From the NCBI GenBank assembly GCA_964448095.1, contig CAYUUT010000005.1, positions 3,306 to 67,305 of the forward strand: 64,000 bases of DNA, read 5' to 3'. Both the position numbers and the translations under genes were made by a program. The DNA comes from an uncultured Candidatus Saccharibacteria bacterium. GTDB taxonomy: Bacteria; Patescibacteriota; Saccharimonadia; Saccharimonadales; UBA10212. Below the pieces are notes generated by a model that was not told where the DNA came from, searched no databases, and worked only from the letters and a program-made list of their open reading frames with translations. Shown here piece by piece: positions 35,088-45,303 of this stretch (position 1 is the first letter of the stretch; each line of letters begins with the position of its first letter).

Positions 35088-36002
35088 TTATAAGGTCAAA
35101 ATGTAGGTTTTGAGGGCCTCGTCCAGGTCTATGGCGCTGGTTTTGCCCTGCCAGTCCATCTTATAAGCCTCGTCTACCAAGCTTTTTAGCTTGGATTCAT
35201 CCATTTTTGAAGCCAAGTGCATAGCTTTAGTGACTGGATACGGATTAAGGCCGGCGTCTTTGGCGATTTCACCCGCTAACCGGCCGCGGCCCGATTTTGC
35301 CAGGGCTAATATGTTTAGCTGCCAGCCAAGCATCGCCAAAATGGTTTTCGGTTCAACTTTTTGGGCGCGCTGTTCGTCATAAAGTTTTAAAGCCCGTTTT
35401 TTGTTGCCAGCAAAGGCCGCGTCCAGTAGGTCAAATATCTTACTTTGTGGTGTGGGTTCGACAAGGAGTTCTATATTTTGTCGAGTAATTTGTGGTTCGT
35501 AAGCCAGCAATTTTTCCAGCTCCATAGACAGCATTTGTTGGTTGGCCCCAATGCGTTCAACCAAAAAATTAGCGTCTGCTAAACCTAACTGACTGCCGTG
35601 TGTTTTAGCCTCATTCACTAGCCAACCGGCTAGCTGGCGGGCATCTAATTCGGCATATTCCTCTAGCTGGGTTTGACTTTTTAACACCTTAAAATAGAGT
35701 GTTCGGCGGTCCAAGACCGGTTCGTAGATTATTAAATCTGTCGTGTCTTCAGTCGAACTAATAATTTGTTCAATTCGCTCAGCGGCATCTTTGTTCGCCG
35801 ATAGCTCACGGACTACCACCATTTTGCGGGCTGCTAAAAATGGCAGGCTTTGGGCGGCGTCAATTATGGCCTGATAATCGGCTTCGGAGCCGTCTAAACG
35901 CTCCAATGCCAGCTCGCCCTGCTCCGCCACAAATTTTGTGGTTAGTTCGTCTAATCGTTGCCGTAAAGCGAATGAATTACCGCCAGCCAAAGTTATTATC
36001 AT
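35088..36002 (-). CDS. holA: DNA polymerase III delta subunit
   Basis: 304 aa. N-terminal pattern IITLAGGNSFALRQRLDEL...SLPFLAARKMVVVREL is typical of HolA. Confidence 0.7.
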   Translation of the reverse strand: MIITLAGGNSFALRQRLDELTTKFVAEQGELALERLDGSEADYQAIIDAAQSLPFLAARKMVVVRELSANKDAAERIEQIISSTEDTTDLIIYEPVLDRRTLYFKVLKSQTQLEEYAELDARQLAGWLVNEAKTHGSQLGLADANFLVERIGANQQMLSMELEKLLAYEPQITRQNIELLVEPTPQSKIFDLLDAAFAGNKKRALKLYDEQRAQKVEPKTILAMLGWQLNILALAKSGRGRLAGEIAKDAGLNPYPVTKAMHLASKMDESKLKSLVDEAYKMDWQGKTSAIDLDEALKTYILTL

Positions 36003-36871
36003 TTGGGCGTCCTTTGCTCTTTAGGGCAAATATGCGTGCCGCGGCCGGCGACTCTAATTTTAATAATTGTGGCGCCGCAACGCGGGCACGGTTGGCCCTC
36101 TTTGCGGAAAACATTGGCAAATTGGATATAACTACCTTTTTTGCCTTCGGCATCAACATAATTCCTATCCGTTGAGCCGCCCTTTTCGATACCTAGCTTT
36201 AACACCGCCAAAAGCGCACTGTGCAGGGCAATTAGTTTGGTGCGCGGGACTTTCGTTACCAGTGTGGCGGGATGGATTTTGGCGCCCCACAGGGACTCGT
36301 CGGCATAGATGTTGCCTACCCCGGCCAAGACCTTCTGGTCGAGCAGTACAGCTTTGACTGGACTGTTTTTGCGGGTCTGCAGACGCCCTATAAAGCGGTC
36401 TACTGTAAAGTCGTCCTCTAGCGGCTCCGGGCCGACGGTTTTTAGAAAGTCGATTTCTGGTACTTCCACAGAGGGCAACAGGCGCATCCAGCCGAACTTG
36501 CGCTGATCATTGAAATAAAGCTTGTTGCCATCCGTAAAATCGATAATCACGCGAGTGGATTTATCCGGCAAATTGTTAATCAGCGAATCATTGGGGTGGC
36601 CGGCGCCAAAGCGCTCCTTACCCACAAACACCAACTGGCCGGTCATTTTCAGATGAATTACCAGTGAGTAATCAGATGAAAGTTCAATTATTAGGACTTT
36701 GGCGCGCCGGCGGACTCGGGCAACAGATGCCCCGACCAAAAAACGGGCGACGTCCGCCGGCGCGTTGGGAAAACTCTTGGCCCAATCGTGCCAAACGTCC
36801 TTAACTACCAGACCTGGCAAAAATTTGGCCAGGCCGGCTCGGACTGTCTCAACCTCGGGTAACTCCGGCAT
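35999..36871 (-). CDS. mutM: formamidopyrimidine-DNA glycosylase
   Basis: MPELPEVETVR N-terminus, an H2TH region and a C-terminal CPRCG...HICPKEQ zinc-finger-like segment. Confidence 0.85.
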   Translation of the reverse strand: MPELPEVETVRAGLAKFLPGLVVKDVWHDWAKSFPNAPADVARFLVGASVARVRRRAKVLIIELSSDYSLVIHLKMTGQLVFVGKERFGAGHPNDSLINNLPDKSTRVIIDFTDGNKLYFNDQRKFGWMRLLPSVEVPEIDFLKTVGPEPLEDDFTVDRFIGRLQTRKNSPVKAVLLDQKVLAGVGNIYADESLWGAKIHPATLVTKVPRTKLIALHSALLAVLKLGIEKGGSTDRNYVDAEGKKGSYIQFANVFRKEGQPCPRCGATIIKIRVAGRGTHICPKEQRTPK

Positions 36872-36888
36872 ACCCTTAAATTATACAG

Positions 36889-37464
36889 TCAAGTCGTAGT
36901 TAGTTCTTCAGCTGAGGCCAGCTTTTTAAAAGAGTGCTCGACCTTGCCGCCGTTTAAAATATGCGCCGCCAAGCTATCAGGACTATGGGTACGAACCTCA
37001 ACGTTGTTAGGCCCGCCAACCAGGCTGTATTCGCAGAGCCAACCTAGCGGCAAATGGTGCCTAATGTCGGCTGCGACAGCGGCCATCTCGGGGCCCGGAG
37101 CGCCGTTTATCTCCGTAAGCCTGGGATCCCCCTCGATAACTGAGTTCAGCAGAGCTAGGTACGCTGAGTGGTAATAAGCCTCGTTAGTCGCAAAGATTTC
37201 TATTTCTACAGCGTGAACTTCGTTGTCTAAACCAAGCGGAACAGACCTTGTAAATACCCCTGCGGCACCGATTACCTCGCCAAACCTATTTATGACGTGC
37301 GTCTGGCCTTCGTCATCTTCCTTGGCTAAAGGCTCGATTGCCATTGTCCTGGCGACTGCTGTCCATTCGTCGTCTTCCGGCGTAGGCACAAGGTGAAGAT
37401 GTACACCTAACGCGGTCTCTTCTGGTGGATAGGAAAGTGGCGCTTGCTGTTCTTTTGTTGCCAT
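36889..37464 (-). CDS. hypothetical protein
   Basis: 191 aa, no family recognised. Confidence 0.5.
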   Translation of the reverse strand: MATKEQQAPLSYPPEETALGVHLHLVPTPEDDEWTAVARTMAIEPLAKEDDEGQTHVINRFGEVIGAAGVFTRSVPLGLDNEVHAVEIEIFATNEAYYHSAYLALLNSVIEGDPRLTEINGAPGPEMAAVAADIRHHLPLGWLCEYSLVGGPNNVEVRTHSPDSLAAHILNGGKVEHSFKKLASAEELTTT

Positions 37465-37557
37465 CTTGGTTTTTAGTTGATAATGCTTACGTTACGCTCA
37501 CGGCATTACTTATTCAATAGTCAAATCGGTACATAAGTGGCCTATACTAGAGTTTAA

Positions 37558-37797
37558 ATGGATAGTTTGCAGGATATCTTAGGTAAGAAAAGCTTTGTTC
37601 CGCCAGATGAGTTTAAAGATGTCCGCGAATACATCCGGCGGCGCTATAACAGTAATTGTTACGTAAAGATTCAGCGCGACGCGCTGATTGTGACCGTCAA
37701 AGGCTCGGCGCTGGCCGCCACTATTCAGCTGGAACGCCAGCGCCTTATAGAAGAGTGCCACTTGACCAAAAAACTAGTTATCCGTGCCAGCAGATAG
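37558..37797 (+). CDS. small DUF721/DciA-like protein (tentative)
   Basis: 79 aa. ALIVTVKGSALAATIQLERQRLIEEC resembles the DUF721 core, but the similarity is weak. Confidence 0.35.
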   Translation: MDSLQDILGKKSFVPPDEFKDVREYIRRRYNSNCYVKIQRDALIVTVKGSALAATIQLERQRLIEECHLTKKLVIRASR

Positions 37798-38358
37798 AAT
37801 TTTATCGAGCTCGGTTTTCATCTGTTCAAAATCTCGATAATGAATAGCCTGCATACCTACCGCCCGGGCGCCTTCGCAATAGCGTTCAACGTCGTCGATA
37901 AAAACGCATTCGTTCGGCTGAACGCGCAGCCTCTGGGCCGCTATTTGGTAGATTTTAGGATTAGGTTTGGTGAGCGCCACTTGAAAAGAAAAGACCATCG
38001 CGTCAAACAGTTTTTGCTCTTCATCATTCAAAAAACTATCTGTTATCCAGGTCGTTCCGATATTGCTGAGCATGCCGATTTTATAGTCTTCACCCAGAAT
38101 TCTTATATAGTCCATTAATCGGGTATTTTTAGTGGCTTGAGGGGAGGTTACAATGGCTTCCACTGGTTGAAGCGCCCGGCCGGTGGCTAGCTCAACGCCT
38201 TTCATAAAATCTTCCAGTTTTATCGCCCCGGAATCATATTGGTGGTTTAGCTCTTTGGCCTTCTCTAGCCCAGGACCTGGCGGAACTGAATCACAAAAAT
38301 CTTTCCACCAGTCCTTAGTTAGGACGCCAAAACAGTCAAAGATGACGGCTTTTATCAC
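37774..38358 (-). CDS. HAD-superfamily hydrolase
   Basis: MIKAVIFDCFGVL, MLSNIG and CVFIDDVERYCEGARAVGM motifs. Confidence 0.75.
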   Translation of the reverse strand: MIKAVIFDCFGVLTKDWWKDFCDSVPPGPGLEKAKELNHQYDSGAIKLEDFMKGVELATGRALQPVEAIVTSPQATKNTRLMDYIRILGEDYKIGMLSNIGTTWITDSFLNDEEQKLFDAMVFSFQVALTKPNPKIYQIAAQRLRVQPNECVFIDDVERYCEGARAVGMQAIHYRDFEQMKTELDKILSAGTDN

Positions 38359-38374
38359 CCTTGCAGTGTAGCAG

Positions 38375-38947
38375 TTAGTCTAGATTGACGTCTTCTACCA
38401 GAGCCTGGTAGTTGGTAATTTGGGCTTCGAATAATTCCTGCAATAACTGGGAGTTTCCGCCCAAATTACCAGTGTTGGTCCCACACGTGGTCGTCCATAG
38501 ATTGGATAAAGTACTGCCATTTTGGATTAGCCGGAAATTAATTCGCTGGCCAAGCGGGCACTGCCCGGTCTCGTCTACGCCGGCGGTTTTACTTTTACGG
38601 GTTTCGCTAAAACCGGCCAGATTGATGGCGTGTAAAAAGACATTATAGGCATCTTCGGTGTTATAGCTGGGGATGCTTTGAATAACTGTGCTGCTGTAGC
38701 CCTGAATCACGTTCAACTCACGGCTGTCTTTATCAACTGTAACTTTAATTGCCCTGTGGGTGTCATCGCCGTTAATGGCTCCGTCGATAGTCATTACAAC
38801 CTGAGCATCGGTATTAGCGTAGCTGGTCAGTGTTTTAACAGGGGTGGTTGGAGTATTTTTTTTGCCGCCTCCAACAAACAGGAGAATCACCAGGATAATT
38901 AAGGCTAAAAAGCCGGCAAAGACCAAAAATACGCGTCCTAAATACAT
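38375..38947 (-). CDS. membrane-anchored extracytoplasmic hypothetical protein
   Basis: N-terminal helix VFLVFAGFLALIILVILLFVGGG followed by a soluble domain. Confidence 0.55.
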   Translation of the reverse strand: MYLGRVFLVFAGFLALIILVILLFVGGGKKNTPTTPVKTLTSYANTDAQVVMTIDGAINGDDTHRAIKVTVDKDSRELNVIQGYSSTVIQSIPSYNTEDAYNVFLHAINLAGFSETRKSKTAGVDETGQCPLGQRINFRLIQNGSTLSNLWTTTCGTNTGNLGGNSQLLQELFEAQITNYQALVEDVNLD

Positions 38948-39017
38948 AAAAACTCTCTAACAGGAATTATAATACCATAATCGTTATAAATATGCAAGTA
39001 AGGGTGCTTAGATTTAG

Positions 39018-39452
39018 CTAATTTTTGATTTGCCACTCAGCGTAACGAGCGACAACTTTATCGTCCGGCGGCATAAAAGCGAATTTAGCCGCTTCTTCCG
39101 GCTGTACCCATTTATAATCGTCGTGTTCTTTGCTGAGTTTCACATCTGTTGATTTGGCTCTGCAGACACTAAACACAGCTATAATGTGGTGTTTTTTGCC
39201 GTTAATTACTGGATACCACTCGCCCACGTAGATAGGACGCAGGATTTCGACCTTCAGGCCGGTTTCTTCGAATACCTCGCGGTGCAGGGCCTGGTCATAG
39301 CTTTCATTACTATCTATGCGTCCACCCACAAGACCATATAGGCCGTCTTGGGAGCCCAAATTATCCTTCTCCGGCTCACGCAGAATAAGAACTTCGCCTT
39401 TGTCGTTAACGATTAATGCCTTCGCGGCAACTTGGAGAACTACGTCAGCCAT
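39018..39452 (-). CDS. NUDIX hydrolase
   Basis: Nudix box GGRIDSNESYDQALHREVFEETGL. Confidence 0.85.
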   Translation of the reverse strand: MADVVLQVAAKALIVNDKGEVLILREPEKDNLGSQDGLYGLVGGRIDSNESYDQALHREVFEETGLKVEILRPIYVGEWYPVINGKKHHIIAVFSVCRAKSTDVKLSKEHDDYKWVQPEEAAKFAFMPPDDKVVARYAEWQIKN

Positions 39453-40261
39453 TATGGAACGTTGGTCGGGTCCCAGTTAACGCGGTAATTTTGGTCCAGC
39501 TTCTTTAGTGTGGCCATATCATCTTTGTCCAGTTTGAAGTCAAAGATATCAAAATTTTCCTTGATGCGGTCGGCGTGGACTGATTTGGTCAGCGCAACTA
39601 CGCCGTAATCTATGCACCAGCGCAGCATGATTTGCGGTACCGATTTACCATGCTTCTTAGCAATTTCTAGTAAGGTCGGGTCTTTGAAGAAATGGCCCTC
39701 CACCAGAGGTGTGTAGGCTTCAACAACAATATCGTTGGCTTTGCAGTAATTTACCAACTCTGGCTGCTGCATGACCACGCTCAGCTCTACTTGGTTAACC
39801 GCTGGCTGGATCTTGCACTTCTTCATCTCTTCCAGATGCCTGATTGTGTAGTTGCTGACGCCGATTGCTTTGGCTTTACCGCTGGCGTGAATTTGCTCCA
39901 GCTGTTTCCAGCCCATATTCCGGGTTTCGGTTACGGGAAAATGGAGTAGCAGCAAATCGACGTATTCCATCTGTAATTTTTCCAGAGATTCATCAAAGGT
40001 GGATATGCAATCCCAAAAGTTATCGTTCCAGATTTTGGTGGTGATGAACAAGCCTTCGCGTTTGACACCAGCGTCTTTAAGAGCTTCGCCCAGATATTGC
40101 TCGTTGCCGTAAACTTGGGCGGTGTCAAAATGGGTGAAGCCGGCATCGAGCGCCAGCTTTACAGAGTCAACGCATTCTTTTTTGTCGGTGTTACGCCACA
40201 GGCCAAAGCCAATCTGCGGAATTTCCGCCCCGGTGTTCATCTTTAAATTTGGTACTGCCAT
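39452..40261 (-). CDS. aldo/keto reductase (2,5-diketo-D-gluconate reductase-like)
   Basis: GFGLWR, HFDTAQVYGNE, IGVSNY and LRWCIDYGVVALTKS motifs. Confidence 0.85.
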   Translation of the reverse strand: MAVPNLKMNTGAEIPQIGFGLWRNTDKKECVDSVKLALDAGFTHFDTAQVYGNEQYLGEALKDAGVKREGLFITTKIWNDNFWDCISTFDESLEKLQMEYVDLLLLHFPVTETRNMGWKQLEQIHASGKAKAIGVSNYTIRHLEEMKKCKIQPAVNQVELSVVMQQPELVNYCKANDIVVEAYTPLVEGHFFKDPTLLEIAKKHGKSVPQIMLRWCIDYGVVALTKSVHADRIKENFDIFDFKLDKDDMATLKKLDQNYRVNWDPTNVP

Positions 40262-40282
40262 ACTAACCTCCTTCTCTTCTAA

Positions 40283-42916
40283 TTATAGCTCGCCCCAGTT
40301 TTGGCCGGTGCTGATATCGGTTTTCAGCTTCAAGGGAAGCTTGGTGTAGGCGTTTTCCATCTGTTCCTTGACCATTTTGCCGACTGCTTCGGCTTTGGCT
40401 TTAGGTACTTCCAGCAAAATGCTGTCGTGGATCTGGAGCAGCATTTTGCAATTATCATCTAATTTGGAATAAACGTTAATCATGGCGATTTTCATAATGT
40501 CCGCGGCGCTACCCTGCAACGGCATGTTCACGGCCGCGCGGTAAGCGGCTTCGCGCACTTGGAAGTTAGATGATTTAACATCCGGCGTGGGGCGTCGACG
40601 GCCCAGCAGAGTCTCTACGTAGCCCTGCTCTAGCGCAAGCTTGCGCTGCAATTCTATATATTCTTTGAGCTTAGGACGAATTTCGAAGTATTTGTTAATA
40701 AAGTCCCGGGCCTCACCAAAGCTCATGCCGGTTTGTTCGCTAAGCGCATGTGGTCCCAGGCCGTACATGATGCCAAAATTGACGGCTTTAACGGATGAGC
40801 GCTGGGCTTTGGTGACGCTGTCCGGTGTGATGCTATAAAGCTGGGCGGCCGTCTCTGCGTGGATGTCGGCGTCTTTGTTGAAGGCTTCTATCATCCCCGG
40901 ATCGCCGCTTAAGGCGGCGGCTAGGCGCAGTTCGAACTGGCTATAATCGGCGCTAACAAACAGATTGCCTTTGCCGGCCACAAAGGCCGTGCGGATATTT
41001 TTACCTAGGTCGGTTTTAACGGGGATATTTTGTAGATTTGGGTCAGAGCTGCTAAGGCGGCCGGTCGGCGCCACGGTTAGGCTGAAGGTGGTGTGCAAGC
41101 GGCTGTTTTCGTCCACTTGCTCCGGCAGAGTATCGACGTAAGTATTTTTGAGCTTCACGACTTCGCGGTACTGGGTGATTAGGTTGATAATAGGGTGAAA
41201 GTCGCGCAGTTTGGCGAGTTCAGTGGCAGCGGTGGAATAGCCGGTTTTACCCTTCTTAACAAACTGTGTGGGCAGGTTTAACTTGGTGAAGAGGATGTCG
41301 GCCAGCTGTCCGGGAGAGCTAATGTTAAATTCCTGGTCGGCGTAGCCGTAAATTTTTTGTTCAAGGTCGCTGATGTCGCCCTCTAATTGACGGTTGAACT
41401 TTTTAAGATAGCTAGGGTCTAGTTGGATACCGGTATATTCCATGTCGGCCAAAACCGCCGTCAGTGGCCACTCGGCGGTTTTGGCCAGCTTATCAATAGT
41501 TGGGAATTCTACCAGTTCATTCTTCTGGTAATCGTGCAGGGCTTTAATAACAGCCATTAACTCCGGCGCCCGGCTGATTAACTCGTCGGTGTCTAAATCG
41601 TCTAATGACGAGCCTTCATAGCGCAAATCGTTGGCGGCAAGCTCCGTAAGACTTTGCGAGCGCAATAGCGAGTTTAGAAGGTAGGCGGCGACTAAAATGT
41701 CATGTCCCACCTCCGGTAGCTCTTTCACGCCTAGTGCCATCAGGACTTCCAGTGAAGATTTTACGTTATAGCCGACCAGCGGTCGCACATCGCGGAAGTT
41801 CTTGGCGATGAGCGCGTGGTCTAATTTTCGCAGATCCAGCGTGTACGTATCCTTGCCATCTAGGCTCATAATCATGACTTCTGGTTTACGCCCGTGCTTT
41901 CCGGCCGCCCGGGTATGAATATAAAAGTACTCAGAATCACCAAGTTTGGGCAGGTTTTTGTCGCTGTCGATTATGGTATTTTTGCCCAGCTCAAGCTTAG
42001 AGCCGGCAATCCGGTCTTCCGCCGGCACAATGGTCTGCATATTGGCGGGCAGTGTGTTTAGCAGGCTGCGGAACTCCAGTTGTTGCAGCAACTCACGCAG
42101 CCGTTCGGTATCAATCTTAGTACCATCCATCTCTGTTAAATCAAGCTTCATAGGCGCGTCCACCCAGATGCAGGCCAGTTTTTTGCTGAGGTAGGCTAAG
42201 TCACGGCCGTCTTCTAATTTTTTACGCACGGAATCTTTAATTTCCGGCAGATGCTTATAAATGTCGTCCAAGCTGCCGTAGCTTTTTAGCAGCTCGGTCG
42301 CGGTTTTTTCACCGATACCCGGGACGCCCGGTATGTTATCTGAGCTATCGCCTTTTAGAGCTTTTAAGTCCAGGAATTGGTCCGGCTGGATGCCGTACTT
42401 GGCGATGAAACTTTCCGGATTGAATTGCTCGATGTTGGTGAAGCCTTTTTTGAGCGCGTAGACGTGGGTGTGGCTGTTGACCAGCTGCAGCACGTCCAGG
42501 TCCGAAGTTACCAGCATGGTTTCGATATTTTTTTTGGTAGCTTGTTTGGCTAGGGTTCCCATGATGTCATCGGCCTCGTAATCGTCCAGCTCGTAAAGCG
42601 GCCAGCCGAAGGCTTCTAATAGTTCATGCAACAGCGGTATTTGGGCATAAAAATCCGGCGGCGCCGGTTTGCGCCCGGCCTTATATTCCGGGTACATCTT
42701 TAGCCGGGCGCGGATGTTAGTCTTGGGCTTATCCCAGGCCACGGCCACATAGTCCGGCTGCAATTTCTTGATAAGTTCCAGGGCCATGGCCGTAAAGCCG
42801 TAGACCCCGCCGGTAGGTATTCCCTCACGGGTAGATAAGTTTGGCAACGCATAATAGCCCCGGTAAAAAACCGATTTGCCATCGATAATCGCTAATTTTT
42901 TGCGTCTCTCGGCCAC
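40283..42916 (-). CDS. polA: DNA polymerase I
   Basis: 5' nuclease domain (LAIIDGKSVFYRGYY, SDNIPGVPGIGEKTA), a central exo-like domain lacking an obvious DxE motif, and the pol domain (SADYSQFELR, QIHDS). Confidence 0.95.
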   Translation of the reverse strand: MAERRKKLAIIDGKSVFYRGYYALPNLSTREGIPTGGVYGFTAMALELIKKLQPDYVAVAWDKPKTNIRARLKMYPEYKAGRKPAPPDFYAQIPLLHELLEAFGWPLYELDDYEADDIMGTLAKQATKKNIETMLVTSDLDVLQLVNSHTHVYALKKGFTNIEQFNPESFIAKYGIQPDQFLDLKALKGDSSDNIPGVPGIGEKTATELLKSYGSLDDIYKHLPEIKDSVRKKLEDGRDLAYLSKKLACIWVDAPMKLDLTEMDGTKIDTERLRELLQQLEFRSLLNTLPANMQTIVPAEDRIAGSKLELGKNTIIDSDKNLPKLGDSEYFYIHTRAAGKHGRKPEVMIMSLDGKDTYTLDLRKLDHALIAKNFRDVRPLVGYNVKSSLEVLMALGVKELPEVGHDILVAAYLLNSLLRSQSLTELAANDLRYEGSSLDDLDTDELISRAPELMAVIKALHDYQKNELVEFPTIDKLAKTAEWPLTAVLADMEYTGIQLDPSYLKKFNRQLEGDISDLEQKIYGYADQEFNISSPGQLADILFTKLNLPTQFVKKGKTGYSTAATELAKLRDFHPIINLITQYREVVKLKNTYVDTLPEQVDENSRLHTTFSLTVAPTGRLSSSDPNLQNIPVKTDLGKNIRTAFVAGKGNLFVSADYSQFELRLAAALSGDPGMIEAFNKDADIHAETAAQLYSITPDSVTKAQRSSVKAVNFGIMYGLGPHALSEQTGMSFGEARDFINKYFEIRPKLKEYIELQRKLALEQGYVETLLGRRRPTPDVKSSNFQVREAAYRAAVNMPLQGSAADIMKIAMINVYSKLDDNCKMLLQIHDSILLEVPKAKAEAVGKMVKEQMENAYTKLPLKLKTDISTGQNWGEL

Positions 42917-42964
42917 TACTTAAAGTATACGCCGTATCTGTTATTTCGGCGACTGCTTATGGCT

Positions 42965-43579
42965 TTATGCGCAGAGGGGTTTTAGGTCTACGTCTAAATT
43001 AAGTTTTTTGGCAATATCGGCCAGCGCGTCATAGGCCTTAGAAAAGTAATATTTCTGTAAATTAGATTCCTCCAGAGACCTTGTGGTGGCGGCTTTGGCT
43101 TTTTCAAACTGTTCGGAACGCTCGCCAAATTTTTCTATGGCCAGATAAACTTCGTCCTGAAGCTTAGCCCGCTCCTCGGCAATCGAGACCAATTTTTGAT
43201 ACAAGTTATGGTGCGTCTGACTTAGAGTGCCGGCCAATCGATTGAACTGGGTTTCTTCCAAATCCGGCGCGTAAAGACTGCCATTGGTCTCTTGGGCACT
43301 GAGCATGGAACGTGATTTAACTTCAGGCTTAATGTGAACACCGAATTTCATCAGAAAGTTAGACGTCTCGTGAATTTTTACCGCATAGTCGCCAATTTGT
43401 ACTACTATATCGTCGCCGAAGCCCTCATTGTCGGGATTAAAAGGCACGCTTTCGGTGCCGTCATGGGGTAGTTCTGTTACTACCGCGGCTGGCGGTGTGG
43501 TGTCGCCGGCCGCACGTAAGCGGTCCAATTCTTTTTGGACCTCGTCACCGATTGGGCTTAGGTCCCGCCATTCGCTCAC
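42965..43579 (-). CDS. hypothetical protein
   Basis: 204 aa. 4-nt overlap with the upstream kinase-like gene. No family recognised. Confidence 0.5.
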   Translation of the reverse strand: MSEWRDLSPIGDEVQKELDRLRAAGDTTPPAAVVTELPHDGTESVPFNPDNEGFGDDIVVQIGDYAVKIHETSNFLMKFGVHIKPEVKSRSMLSAQETNGSLYAPDLEETQFNRLAGTLSQTHHNLYQKLVSIAEERAKLQDEVYLAIEKFGERSEQFEKAKAATTRSLEESNLQKYYFSKAYDALADIAKKLNLDVDLKPLCA

Positions 43580-44145
43580 AAACCCAACTTTTGTTTAACG
43601 AGGCCTTTGAAATCTTCAATCTGGTTGCTGTCGTTGGTGATAAAAATGTCAGCCATTGTCTTAACGCCGGCCATGTTGAGGGTCGCTTGGTCGCCGGAAT
43701 GTTCCATTTCCGCCTTTTCTTCGGCTTGGAACTGCTGAAAAGTTTTCCGGTCCTTATCGCCCTGCCCGCGGTTAAATATACGCTCGTAGCGGACTTTGGG
43801 GTCGGCATCGACCCACACAACTTGGCCGCCGTGGGCATGAATACGGTCTACTTCCCACGGATGGCGGATGCTGGAAATCACCAAACCGTTATAAACTTTT
43901 GTTTTGCTCATGGCATCGAATTTCTCGATGGCTTTATCAACCACCGCGCCCTTGTTGGTCCGGTTCCACTCGGCGGTTAGCGCCGCCATTTGCTCGCGCT
44001 CTAGCGGCAGGCCGCGGCGCTTCAGCTCGGGGATTATCAAATCGTCCGAGGCTGATACAAACAGCCAGCCATAGTCATCAGCCAAGATTTGGCTAAGAGT
44101 ATCTTTGCCGGAACCGTTAGTGCCACCGATGCCGATGAGCTTCAT
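43576..44145 (-). CDS. P-loop nucleotide/nucleoside kinase-like protein
   Basis: Walker A IGIGGTNGSGKDT. Overall size and layout fit a dephospho-CoA or dNMP kinase-like fold. Confidence 0.5.
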   Translation of the reverse strand: MKLIGIGGTNGSGKDTLSQILADDYGWLFVSASDDLIIPELKRRGLPLEREQMAALTAEWNRTNKGAVVDKAIEKFDAMSKTKVYNGLVISSIRHPWEVDRIHAHGGQVVWVDADPKVRYERIFNRGQGDKDRKTFQQFQAEEKAEMEHSGDQATLNMAGVKTMADIFITNDSNQIEDFKGLVKQKLGL

Positions 44146-44149
44146 TTTC

Positions 44150-45280
44150 TTACTGTAAATACTCCTGGAGCTTGCGAGTGTCTTTATGCTTGCGCAGTTT
44201 GGCCAGGGCTTTGGCCTCTATTTGGCGGATGCGTTCGCGGGTGACGCTGAATTCCTGGCCGACTTCTTCTAGCGTGTGGCTTTTGCCGTCTTCCAGGCCA
44301 AAACGCAGTTTGAGGATTTTTTGCTCGCGTTCGGAAAGCGTGCCTAGGATTTGTTTGACTTGCTCTTTGAGCAGCTGCTCGCTGGCCGATTCAGTAGGTG
44401 TTTTGGCGTCTTCGTCTTCGATAAAGTCACCAAGTACTGAGTCTTCTTCGTCGTCGCGGACGGAGGCATCCAAGCTGGATATGTCCTGCTTGATTTTCAT
44501 GATGTGCTCGACCTTATCAACGTCCATTTCCATGGCGGCGGCGATTTCGTCGTTGGTCGGCTCGCGATTGAGCTCCTGTGTCAAGCGGCGCTGGGTGCGC
44601 AGTAGTTTGTTGATGGTCTCAACCATATGAACCGGAATACGGATAGTGCGGGCTTGATCGGCGATGGCGCGGGTAATGGCCTGGCGGATCCACCAGGTGG
44701 CGTAGGTACTGAATTTGAAGCCACGCTCGGGGTCGAATTTTTCGACAGCGCGCAGCAAGCCGCTGTTACCTTCCTGAATCAAGTCCAACAGGTCCAGGCC
44801 ACGGCCAACGTAGCGCTTAGCAATGCTAACAACCAGGCGCATGTTGGCCTCGGCCATGGCGTCTTTGGCGCGTTTGTCGCCGCTAACTACTTTTTTAGCC
44901 AGCGCCAGTTCTTCCTCGGCATTTAACAAGGGTATTTTACCGATTTCACGCAGGTAGAGCCGTACCGAGTCATCGGCAATATCGTCCATATAGGCGTTGT
45001 CGTCCGGGATTAATTCTTCGTCGTCCTCTACTGCCCACTGGTCCAGGTCAGCGACAACCGGTTCAGCGGCTTCGATGACTTCAATCTCGGCCTCGGCCAG
45101 CTCATTATAAAGATGCTCCAGGACGTCAATGTTGGCTGGAGTATCCGGAATTAATTTGAAAATTTCACGCTGGTCCAGGCGATTGTCTTTCTTGCCCTTG
45201 ACCATCAACTGCTTAATCTGTTTTTCGTAAGCCTCAATCGGATCTTGTTTGTTTACTAAGTGTTTTTTAGGCGCTGCCAT
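44150..45280 (-). CDS. rpoD: RNA polymerase sigma factor RpoD
   Basis: Regions 2 ([30 protein letters not shown]), 3 and 4.2 ([20 protein letters not shown]). Confidence 0.95.
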   Translation of the reverse strand: MAAPKKHLVNKQDPIEAYEKQIKQLMVKGKKDNRLDQREIFKLIPDTPANIDVLEHLYNELAEAEIEVIEAAEPVVADLDQWAVEDDEELIPDDNAYMDDIADDSVRLYLREIGKIPLLNAEEELALAKKVVSGDKRAKDAMAEANMRLVVSIAKRYVGRGLDLLDLIQEGNSGLLRAVEKFDPERGFKFSTYATWWIRQAITRAIADQARTIRIPVHMVETINKLLRTQRRLTQELNREPTNDEIAAAMEMDVDKVEHIMKIKQDISSLDASVRDDEEDSVLGDFIEDEDAKTPTESASEQLLKEQVKQILGTLSEREQKILKLRFGLEDGKSHTLEEVGQEFSVTRERIRQIEAKALAKLRKHKDTRKLQEYLQ

Positions 45281-45303
45281 AATTTACCTCACCCTTTCAT
45301 AAG

